DNA of 64,000 nt from Candidatus Obscuribacteraceae bacterium. Its GTDB lineage: Bacteria; Cyanobacteriota; Vampirovibrionia; Obscuribacterales; Obscuribacteraceae. The stretch is taken from assembly GCA_044226015.1 (NCBI GenBank), contig JBGAHS010000008.1, positions 224,001-288,000 on the forward strand, in the 5' to 3' direction. The first letter of the stretch is position 1, and each line of letters begins with the position of its first letter. The notes under the pieces were generated by a model, which worked only from the letters and a program-made list of their open reading frames with translations, was not told the origin of the DNA and ran no database searches. Positions 48,075 through 58,000 of this stretch are shown here, piece by piece. Both the position numbers and the translations under genes were made by a program.

Positions 48075-49546
48075 TCACACATGTTGCAGACATTCTTGTT
48101 GTTGGCGCTGGTCCAGTTGGACTCATGTGCGCGTACCTCGGACAGCTTTGCGGCATCAATGTTGTTGTCATCGACAAAACTGATGGACCTTTGAAGACAG
48201 GCAGAGCAGACGCACTCAATGCGCGAACACTTCAACTGCTTGAGCTGGCGAACCTATTCAATGATCTCTACCCGTCGGGAAAAACGTGCAACACCAGTTC
48301 TGTCTGGGCGAACGGCAATTTTGTTTCGCGCCAATCGAAATGGTGGGAAGCCCTCCAGGGATGTCTGCACAAACATTTCTTGATGCTGGGGCAATCACAC
48401 GTTGAAAAACTTCTCGATCAAAAACTCAGCGAGTTGAATGCTGCAGTTAAGCGCTCTACTTCGATAGAGAATATTGAACTCAACTCTACTGGCTGCCTGA
48501 CGACCCTTTCAAATGGCGAAAGAATTCAATCGCGTTATGTAATAGGAGCAGACGGATCTCAGTCATTCATTCGCAATCATTTCGAAATCCCCTTTGAAAT
48601 TACACGTCCACAAATAGTCTGGGCAGTCATCGATGGAGTAATTGAAACAGACTTCCAAAAAGTTCCAGAAATAATCGTGTTTCAGGCGGAGACATCAGAT
48701 GTAGCGTGGATTCCTCGTGAAGGCGAAATCGATAGATTTTACGTCCGCATGGATACCAAAGAATTTACGATGGAAGAAGCAGTTGCAAAAATAAATCGAG
48801 CGATGCATCCGCACACACTGTCATTCAAATCTATTGAATGGTTCTCACAATTCTCAGTGAAAGAGTCTGTCGCGCAGAACTTCTTTGTGCATGACCGCGT
48901 ATTCCTTGCAGGCGATTCTTGCCACATCCATTCAGTCAATGGCGGACAGGGTCTCAACACGGGTCTGGCTGACGCGTTCAACCTGATGTGGAAACTAAAC
49001 ATGGTACTCAATTTCCGAGCTCCGAAAGAACTCTTGCAGAGCTATGAAGCAGAACGCAAACCAATAGCGCAATCAGTTATTGAGGCATCTGGTGAGCTGG
49101 TGCGTTCAACAAAATTCTCCGACAGCGGAACTCACGCAGAAGACTACGTCAAGATTGTCGAAAAACGAGCCGGCAACATCACCGGTATGGGCATTCGCTA
49201 TGGCGAAGAAGGCATCAAAGGCACCCGCGTTTTTGATTTCGAACTATTTGAAGGCGACAAAAAGACAAGGCTCTACTCTTTGCTCGACTACACAAAATTC
49301 ACCCTGCTAATCTTTGGTGATTGCGCATTGAACCAGAAGATTCCAGCGTTCGTGAATGTAATTCATGTTCATTCTGCACAAACTTCAGCGCAAGATTCTG
49401 CACAAAACGCTGAGCGAATCTGGGCAGATAATGCACCCTACACCAATCAGGCGATTCTCGTTAGACCTGATTCTTACATTCAGGATGTAGCTCCACTCAA
49501 CAAAATAGATTCACTCTTCGAGTTTGCATCATGTGGAAAAATCTAA
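48071..49546 (+). CDS. FAD-dependent monooxygenase (PheA/TfdB-type aromatic hydroxylase)
   Basis: ATG 48071 overlaps the upstream TGA (ATGA); VVGAGPVG, IGADG, LAGDSCHIHSVNGGQGLNTGLADAFNLMWKL and C-terminal LVRPD. Confidence 0.93.
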   Translation: MITHVADILVVGAGPVGLMCAYLGQLCGINVVVIDKTDGPLKTGRADALNARTLQLLELANLFNDLYPSGKTCNTSSVWANGNFVSRQSKWWEALQGCLHKHFLMLGQSHVEKLLDQKLSELNAAVKRSTSIENIELNSTGCLTTLSNGERIQSRYVIGADGSQSFIRNHFEIPFEITRPQIVWAVIDGVIETDFQKVPEIIVFQAETSDVAWIPREGEIDRFYVRMDTKEFTMEEAVAKINRAMHPHTLSFKSIEWFSQFSVKESVAQNFFVHDRVFLAGDSCHIHSVNGGQGLNTGLADAFNLMWKLNMVLNFRAPKELLQSYEAERKPIAQSVIEASGELVRSTKFSDSGTHAEDYVKIVEKRAGNITGMGIRYGEEGIKGTRVFDFELFEGDKKTRLYSLLDYTKFTLLIFGDCALNQKIPAFVNVIHVHSAQTSAQDSAQNAERIWADNAPYTNQAILVRPDSYIQDVAPLNKIDSLFEFASCGKI

Positions 49547-50679
49547 TTTTCTTAGCAATGGGAATGTTCACCGTAGGTTGCAACACTTACCTGGTTGCTG
49601 GTTTGCTTCCCCAGATTGGCGAAACGATTGGTCAATCTGTTGCAGTTGCAGGACAGGGTGTCAGCGTATTTAGCTTGACTTACCTGATTTCAGCACCACT
49701 GTTTTCTATGATTTTTGCAAACAAGCCGGTGAAGCAAATCATCCAGCTCGCGCTTGCCGTTTTCATTGCAGGAAACGTTGTAACCATGCTCTCTTCGAAC
49801 CTTCCACTCTTTCTATTAGGAAGAGCTTTCGCGGGAATTGGTGCCGGAATTTTCACGCCTCTTTGCATAGGCATTGCGGTAAACCTGGTGGATGCCTCAG
49901 CCAAAGGGCGCGTGCTCAGCCTCGTGTGGAGCGCTAATAGTGCCGGAGTAGTTTTTGGTGTACCTCTTTCGCTTTATCTCTCTTCGCTGTTTCAGTGGCA
50001 ATCCTCAATTGCTCTAATAGCAGGACTCGCAGCAGTTTCGCTTCTTGGTTTTTCATTGCAAAAGGCAGACATAAAGCTACCTGAGGCACCACCGCTAAGA
50101 GAGCGGTTCTTGTTGTTGGGAGATCCAAAAACACTTTCGGTAATCGGAATAAGTTGCCTCACAGCTATCGCGAGTCTGGGACTCTACTCCTATGTCACCC
50201 TCATTCAAGCAGGTTCGCCAAACTCGCTTAGCCTGGCGCTTTTCAGCTGGGGACTGGGCGGATTTCTCGGCAGCTCGCTCATCGGAATTCTGGTAGACAA
50301 AACAAAGAATCCTCGTTTAGTGATGGCTCTAGTCTTGCTCGGTCTGATGCTAACGCTGCTTTCAATTCCATTCACAAGAGCTCTACCGTTCCTCGGAGTA
50401 TTGCCGTTCTTTATGTGGGGATTCTTTGGTTGGTCGACAGTGACACCACAGCAAAAAATATTATTTGAACTGCATGAGAATCAAGGCACAATTCTCGCTG
50501 CCATAAACTCGTCAGCCTTTGGACTGGGTGCGGCTCTAGGTACACTATCTGGTGGGCTGATTATTACATCAGGTTTCAAGGAAATCGATCTGCCATTCGC
50601 TGCAGCATCACTGTTGCTCTTTGTTCTGATTGGACAACTAATCGTAATTAACAATTCAAAAAAGGTATGTAGCACATGA
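49531..50679 (+). CDS. MFS efflux transporter (DHA1/AraJ-like)
   Basis: About 12 hydrophobic segments; LLGRAFAGIGAG, KGRVLSLV and GILVDKT motifs; overlaps both neighbours. Confidence 0.92.
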   Translation: MWKNLIFLAMGMFTVGCNTYLVAGLLPQIGETIGQSVAVAGQGVSVFSLTYLISAPLFSMIFANKPVKQIIQLALAVFIAGNVVTMLSSNLPLFLLGRAFAGIGAGIFTPLCIGIAVNLVDASAKGRVLSLVWSANSAGVVFGVPLSLYLSSLFQWQSSIALIAGLAAVSLLGFSLQKADIKLPEAPPLRERFLLLGDPKTLSVIGISCLTAIASLGLYSYVTLIQAGSPNSLSLALFSWGLGGFLGSSLIGILVDKTKNPRLVMALVLLGLMLTLLSIPFTRALPFLGVLPFFMWGFFGWSTVTPQQKILFELHENQGTILAAINSSAFGLGAALGTLSGGLIITSGFKEIDLPFAAASLLLFVLIGQLIVINNSKKVCST

Positions 50680-51908
50680 GTAGACCTGTCGTAATAGTTG
50701 ATCCATTATCATCAGGAGTTGAATTGGCTCCAGCTTTCAAAGCTCGCGGCATTCCCTCGATAGCAGTCACTTTTGAGCCACTCGGCTGGAATGGATTTGG
50801 TTCTAAAATTCGTCGCTCGGACTTTATTGAAGTCGTTCCAGACCAACCAAATCTTGTTGAAGTATTGAGACAGTTTGATCCGCTAGTTGTACTTCCCGGC
50901 ACTGAGGAGGGAGTTCCTCTTGCAGATTCGCTGGCAAATGCATTGACACCACAGTTTGCAAATGATCCTACAAAAGCAGCAAACAGACTTCACAAAGCGC
51001 TTATGCAAGAGGCATTACATGCCGCTGGAGTCCCTGCTCTGAAGACACTCAATACTGCGTCCGAGCAAGAAGTTGAAGAGTGGCTCAAAGGAAACGGCTT
51101 GACCGATTCACCACTTATAATCAAGCCACCGATTTCTGCGGGTAGCGACAAAGTCTTCCACATTCCAGCTGGCGGCGATTGGAAAGCACCATTCAATCAA
51201 GTCCTGACAGAGCCTTCAAAGATCACCGGGAAGCCCAATGAGACTGTGGTGGTACAAGAACAAGCCGTAGGTACAGAATTTGCCGTAGGAACGGTGAGTG
51301 CAAATGGAAAACACTACCTGGCGCACCTGATCAAGTACAACAAAACAACTTACAATGGTCGCAAAACCGTATATGACTATGTTGAGTTTGTGCCTTTCAG
51401 CACCGAGCTGCACGGCGAAGTTTTCGAATACACAAAACGCGCTCTAGATGCAGTTGGTATTCGGTGGGGTGCGGCACACAACGAAATCATGTTAACAAAG
51501 AATGGTCCTCGTTTAATCGAAACAGGTGCGCGAATGTGTGGCGGTCCGGTTGTCGGTTTCGCGCGTGAAGCAAGCGGCAGCAGCCAGGCAGACAAGTTAG
51601 TCGAAATTTTCGCCGACGGAGATGTCACCACGAAAGAATATCAATTCAAGAAAACGGTAATGCCTGTGTTTCTCAAATCACCCGCGAAAGGCAGAATATC
51701 CAACGTAGAAGCACTAGCTGACGTGGTGAATCTTCCGACCTTTCTTAACGAAAACATCTTTTTCAAAAATGGTGACACGGTTCCACAAACAGTAGACTAT
51801 TTATCGAGCATCGGCATAGTTGCACTTGCAGGAAACCGTGAGCAAGCCTTACTTGATTACGCCAACATCCGCAACATGGAATCGCAGCTGGTGGTGCAGG
51901 AAGCTTAG
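50676..51908 (+). CDS. ATP-grasp ligase (L-amino acid ligase-like)
   Basis: VVIVDP, HKALMQEAL, LIIKP, VVQEQAVGTEF and HNEIMLTKNGPRLIETGARMCGG; ATGA overlap with the MFS gene. Confidence 0.9.
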   Translation: MSRPVVIVDPLSSGVELAPAFKARGIPSIAVTFEPLGWNGFGSKIRRSDFIEVVPDQPNLVEVLRQFDPLVVLPGTEEGVPLADSLANALTPQFANDPTKAANRLHKALMQEALHAAGVPALKTLNTASEQEVEEWLKGNGLTDSPLIIKPPISAGSDKVFHIPAGGDWKAPFNQVLTEPSKITGKPNETVVVQEQAVGTEFAVGTVSANGKHYLAHLIKYNKTTYNGRKTVYDYVEFVPFSTELHGEVFEYTKRALDAVGIRWGAAHNEIMLTKNGPRLIETGARMCGGPVVGFAREASGSSQADKLVEIFADGDVTTKEYQFKKTVMPVFLKSPAKGRISNVEALADVVNLPTFLNENIFFKNGDTVPQTVDYLSSIGIVALAGNREQALLDYANIRNMESQLVVQEA

Positions 51909-52043
51909 GAATAGGTAAAGAGAGAAAGAGAAGAGCCCTGACCATCTTTAGCCAGGACCCTTCACTTGTTTGAATTTGCAAATCAGCTCAGCTGTATTTC
52001 AGGCGAGCGAACCAGATGCGCGTCAGCGATTGGCACGCACCTC

Positions 52044-55000
52044 TTATCGGCTCACATTTGCGTATGCACTTATCTCATGGATGTTATCTGGATCTGTGTA
52101 CATCTTGTACACATCTCTGTTGCCATTCATGATCATCAAGATTGCGGCAGTCTTAGCAAGACGAGCAGAAATCTTTCTGGCTGCTGGATCTTTCGATGCC
52201 ACGATTTCGGAAAGTGGTTTGACAGCTCTGATAGCCGTCGGAATTGCAAACTCAGAAGTGTGCACCCACATGCCATTTTCAAGCGCGCGTCTCATTAGTT
52301 TGCGATGAGCAATTTCGGGCATGAGATTGAGTTTCGCAAACTCAGAGTTGTCGGTCGAGACTGTGACGTGTCGACCCGGACTCAAGAGCATTGTATGTCC
52401 ACAGGATTCTACTGTTACTCCGGTCTTCGAATGATCATCGAAGTTATGAACAGCCAAAGTGTCTCGCGAAGCGCTAACCAGCACAAGAGTGTTAGCTTTC
52501 AAGAATACTCGACCTACTGGTGTCACAACTTGTACATCATGTAATGGTGCAAGTAGCACGCTACCTTCTGTCAAAGTCGTGATACTCCTTAGAGGCAATG
52601 CATGGACATTGCTGAAAGCGGCGGGTTCTGCATCGGTGCAGAAAGCCAAGCTTTCGACACCGAATGCGGTGCTTGCAAATTTAGCGATAGCGCTACTATT
52701 TTCAAACGTAATCGCATTTGCATCCACTCTGGCGCTGGCTCCTACACTTGCGTCCGCTTCTACACAGGTGTTTACTCCTGTGGTGGCGTCCGCTCCTACA
52801 CTGGTGTTTCCAACATCAGTGTTGAATTCACGATTGGCATCCAAACTGAACCTGTTAGATGCAAGCAGCGAAGAAGCAGTCTTAACTACACCTCTCGAAT
52901 CGGCTGTAGAAGTATTCAGGTTGTACACATAGCTTCCAGAACTTACTATTGCGTCATCGGCTGTTGTTGGATGTACATACAAGTTAGGCAATGCCTGTGT
53001 TCCCGTGTACATCGGACGATTGTCTCGCGTCAGGACATGAGCAGATGTAATCGGTCCAGCCGCTGGCGCAAATGTAACAGGCTGTGCAATCACCGCCTTA
53101 GTTGTCAGATGTGCAGCGACAATCGGTGGGTCAGCAATGAAAGTCGTCGAGTTGACCTTTATCGATTGAGCTGGGAGATCACCGGTGTTGAAGATGACGT
53201 TAGCACCTTGGAGGCTGATGGTTCCGGTAGAAGCGGGGTCTATGCCGTTAGCACCCCAATAAGCTGTGCCAGAACTTCCACTTACAGTAATCGCAGTGGT
53301 GTTGCTACCAACCACTGGTGCAGATGGGGCTTTACCAATGAACACGCTGATGGTTCCATTTGTCTTGCTTGGAATAGCCACATAAGTTGCGATTGTGCTG
53401 CCGGCACCAATATCGATGGAGGCACCACTCACCGGGTTGCTATCAGCAATTGTGATGCTACCCGTGCTTGCTTTAGCAGATGGGGAACCTACCTGGATTG
53501 TAGATCCAGGCAAAACAGAGAGTGGACCACCGAAGCTATTTATATTGATAGGTCCATTTGCAACGCTCACGTTTCCGACGCTCATACTATTTGCAGGATT
53601 GCCGAGTGTTGTTTTCAGCGTTACGGATTTGTCTGCAGAAATGCTGCCATTTGCAAACAAGTTATTCATGGCTGTTATTGCTACAGTACCAGCGCTCGCG
53701 CTCAGTTTACTAGCGTTGCCCAAACTGATACTTCCTGCTTTCGAGTTCAAGGTGAGAGCTTTGCTTGCGCTCATGCTTGCATCCATCAGTAAGTCAGCCG
53801 CAGAATTAAAGGTGATGCTTGCGCCGGTGATCGAACTTGCAGCAGCCTTATCGATAATCTTGGAAGAGCCGTTAGATGTAACGGTTATTACTCCGTTTGG
53901 CGACGATAGGTTCATGCCACCAGAAATGGTGATATTGCCGGTCGAAGCCAACGTCGAACTGCTGCTAACTGTGATGCCAGTTAAGCCATTGATCTGATCG
54001 CCCAATGTGATGTTGTTGAACGAGGTGACGATCACCTTATCTGCGGCTTGAACTTTGCCAATAGAGCCAGCGATTACGCCGCCCTTCACGGCACTGAATG
54101 TCACAGATTTTGCTGCAGAGATATCTGCACCACTGGTATCTATCGCATTCACTGCGGCAGAAGCGCCAGACTTTAGCATCACAGTGCCATTGCTTGCAAC
54201 TATGTTGCCGGAAGAACGAAGCACACCGCTTGTAGCAGTTGTGGTTAAAGCAACTGACTTCAACGCACTAATCGGAGCACTAGAAGTTATATTGGTTAGC
54301 GCTGTTATAGCAATAGTTCCGTTCGCCGATGTTAGCGGAGCAGAGCCGACTGTGATGTCGCCTTTGACCGCGCTGAGCGTCAACGATACTGGTGCTGTCA
54401 CGCCGGCGTTTAGAGTTATTCCAGCAGCAGATGTGATGCTCACCTTGTCAGAGCTAATGCTTCCGGCAGACGCTGTGAACAATCCTGTTCCAGTTGTAGC
54501 CATTGTAATGGACGCACCAGTCTGCGTCGTAAGCAGGTTACCGTTTAGAGAAATCGCTCCGTTTTTCGCAGTTGTTTTCAGCGTAATGCCTTTACCAGCA
54601 CTGATGTTTCCAGAACTGATATCGCCAGCGGTACTGATTGTGAATGTTGCCGTTGCGCCAGTCGCAGACGATGCGCCAAGCGTCAAGGCAGACGTTCCCA
54701 AATTAGTGACGTTTACGACACCAGAGGAGTTAGCTGTTAGTTTGCCGGTGTTGACTTTCAAACTAATGCCTGCTGCACCAGTATTGAGGTTAACATTGGC
54801 CGCCTGGATCGTTCCAGCACTGACAATCTTGCCACTGCCACCAGTGCTCAGATCTATAGTCTTGCTTAGAGCAGTGCCTGTGCTCTTGCCTAAGGTAATG
54901 GTTCCAGCACTAGAGCCAAGCGTGCTTAGCGAAATCGAGCCCATATCGAGGAGCTGAGCCCCGGCAGTAATGCCACCACCACTATTGACAATGGTCAAAC

Positions 55001-58000
55001 TGCCAGTGCCAGGAGCTCCAGTAAACGACAGATTACCTCTTACAGCATTTGTCGCTTTGCTGGTAGATTTTTCGCCAAGCAAGAACGTGCTTGCATTGTT
55101 GGACGACAAGAAAATACTTCCAGCCGCACCACTACCGTCACCATTAGCACTCAAATTTCCATCCACAAGCAATGTAGAGCTTGCAGCAGGCAATGAACCA
55201 ATTGGTACTCCAGCTTTGAAGGTCATGCTAGCGCCCTTGCCACCACTTCCGGAGTTTGGACCCAGATTGAGCATTAAAGCAGATGGAGTGACTGTGAGAT
55301 TACCAGCTGTAGAGAAAGCAAAGGTACCACCATTCTTGCCACTAGCGTTAACTTGCAAGACACTGGAATTAAGTGTGAACGGAGAACTGTCGTTGCGCGT
55401 GTAAGTAACGGCACCTCCAGTGTCCATTCCAGAGCCCAGAGCATTCATAACAAGCGGAGAGGACGGAGTTGCTGTCAGCACATTTGCAGCGCTTAGATCA
55501 ATCGCTCCACCATTGCCGCTGAGATCGGGCACCACTGTCAGGCTGTTGCCAACCCCAGCGATGTTAATAATTCCAGTTCCTGCAAGCAAGCTCAATTTAT
55601 GCGCAACCGGTGCGCCTTTAACAGTGATCAAACCGGCAGAGCCGTTTGTGGAAACAGCTATACTTGCACGTCCTGCATTGACTGTTCCAAGATCAACCTT
55701 ACCACCGAGATCGGTACTAGCGACCTGGAATGTGCCTTGAATTACAAGTCCACCAGAAATTTGCACAGGAAGTGCTCCAGTTTGCGTTACGACTCCGGAA
55801 GAAATCGTCACAGTGCCCGATTTATCGAGATCGGAGGCAGCTGTGCTTATACCAACAATCTTGACTCCGTTGCCCATAACAGTAACGTTACCACTTGTTC
55901 CGCTGCCACCAGAAGTAGTGACAGTTCCAAGTTCGACAGAACCACCATGAGCCACCGCCAGCATATTGCCACCAGCACCACTACCAGATGTGTCGACGTT
56001 CACTTCGTGTCCAGATTGTCCAAGAAGTATCGAACCAGAACCGCTGTTAGGGTCAGCGTTCAAGGTATAAAGTACGCCGTTAGGTCCGATGGTTCCAGAG
56101 GTCGCTGGAGAGAACTTAAATCCAGCAATCATAACGAGAGCGCCACCGTCACCACTAGCATTGGATAAATCAAGCGTAGCAGCTGCACCAGTATTTACAA
56201 TATCGCCAGCAGATAGCAGGGCAAGTTTCGCTCCACTAAATTGCAACGACATACCATTCAAGTCCAATGGTCCAGTGCTGTTTGCTATGGTGCCTTTGAA
56301 CGGGCAATTGAAAATAAGTTGACTTCCAGGATTGCCGTGCAAATCGAATTTACCCTGGCTTCCTCCACTGCCATTCAAAACGATGTTGCATGTGTTTACG
56401 TTCACGGTGCTATTGTCAGTTGGGAAATCCAAAGTAACATTGGCTTCCAATGTGACAGACGAACTCATACTGCCATTTGCAGTCAGATTTACAGTACCAG
56501 CAGGGGATGTTCCATTGAAGATAAAGCCCTGACTTGCATTGAAGTACAGACTTGGATAAACCTTCGCCAACGAATTGTTGCTAGCAATGATGTTGATTCG
56601 ATTGCTGTCGCTTGCGTAGAATTTTCCAGTACCATCACCGCCGACAACGAGATCTTGACCGCTTGCACTGTCAATCTCGATGTTTCCAGCCGTAGCTATC
56701 AAATCGCCATTGTTGAGCAGGTTCATGTTTGTACCTGCGCCTTTGGTGCCATTGACAGTCAAGCCTGTAAATGTAATCGATTTTCCAGTAAGCGTATTTC
56801 CACTGAACACAGTTATACTGTCAGCCTTGAGCGTGAGCGCGCCAGTGAAAGTAGAGTTGCCATCACTAACGATGCCAGCAGCCGCAGTCAAACTAAAGTT
56901 ATCAGCGGAGGAAGCTCCCAAAAGCACCGGGCTACTGCTGCTATTGTTGATATAAGCAGAGCCAGCAGAACTGATGATTAGCTTGCCTGCATTAACATTC
57001 AAAGGCAGACCGCTAGAGCCGAGGTCGCCCTTTGTAGCGTTCAAGCTTAGCTGACCGTTACTGAGTACATTGAGCTGTCCAGAACCGCCACTTGTAATAC
57101 CATTTACGGTGCTCAGACCTCCAGCAATTCCCGAAGAAAGTGCATTGAAGTTTAGCGTTCCATTGATTGTAGCTTTATCAGTTACAGGCAATAGAGTAGT
57201 TGTCAAAACATTTGCAGTCACAGATGCGGGAACCAGCAACGAAGCGAATTTTCCACTATTTGTCGTCGGGAAGTTACCGTCAGTAATGATGAGACTACCA
57301 CCGCTTGCTTGACCAGAGGCATTGAGTATCAGGTTTTGCGTTCCAGATGCAGACTGCATGATTGCGACCCATTCAGCAGGTGTGATCAGTGTGCCCGCAT
57401 TAATAGCCCGTGGGCTACCGCCCTCCATAATCGTGACGGAGCCGCCAGATACGCCTGACGTGAAGATAATATTGTTGATATCGCTCGACGGAGCAGCGTT
57501 GCCATTAATCATTATGCTGTTGCCAGCGTTAATACCGCCTGCGGTTCCAACACCATTTGCGGCTGTGACGAAACCTACTCCAAAGAACCCAGACTTGATG
57601 TCCGCAGAATTAGTCTTGCTGTTGGAACTAAAATCAGCGTCAGCGAAGTAAGCTGCGCTACCTGGTCCAGAAGCTCCGGGCGAAGTGATGTTTACGCTAC
57701 CACCGACGCCTGCAAAGATAGAGTACTTCGCGAACGGGGAGGTCGTAAACGGGTTAGGTGAAGCACTCGTCGATGGACCATAAGCGGTTCCAATTGTCTT
57801 AGTCACACTCACTGTGTTGCCAGAAAGCGTTATGCTACCACCACCAGTGACACCGGCATTGTTCGAATCAGAGCCTCCTGCGACACCGAAGACAGCACCT
57901 CCACCTCCAGAACCAAGGCTGCCTGCCAAACCAAAGTCGCCCGCAGCACCGCCAGCAAGCATTCCACCGCCACCACCGCCGCGCACGCCGCTAGCACCAG

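Noticed and set aside
49371..49412. Short in-frame microrepeats (SAQT-SAQD-SAQN here; similar ones at ~43680-43750 and ~52720-52810)
   Set aside because: Ordinary slippage expansions in linker or loop regions, with no evidence of function.
52044..52600. Classical autotransporter call for the second giant protein
   Set aside because: The C-terminus lacks an amphipathic beta-barrel pattern and a terminal Phe/Trp.
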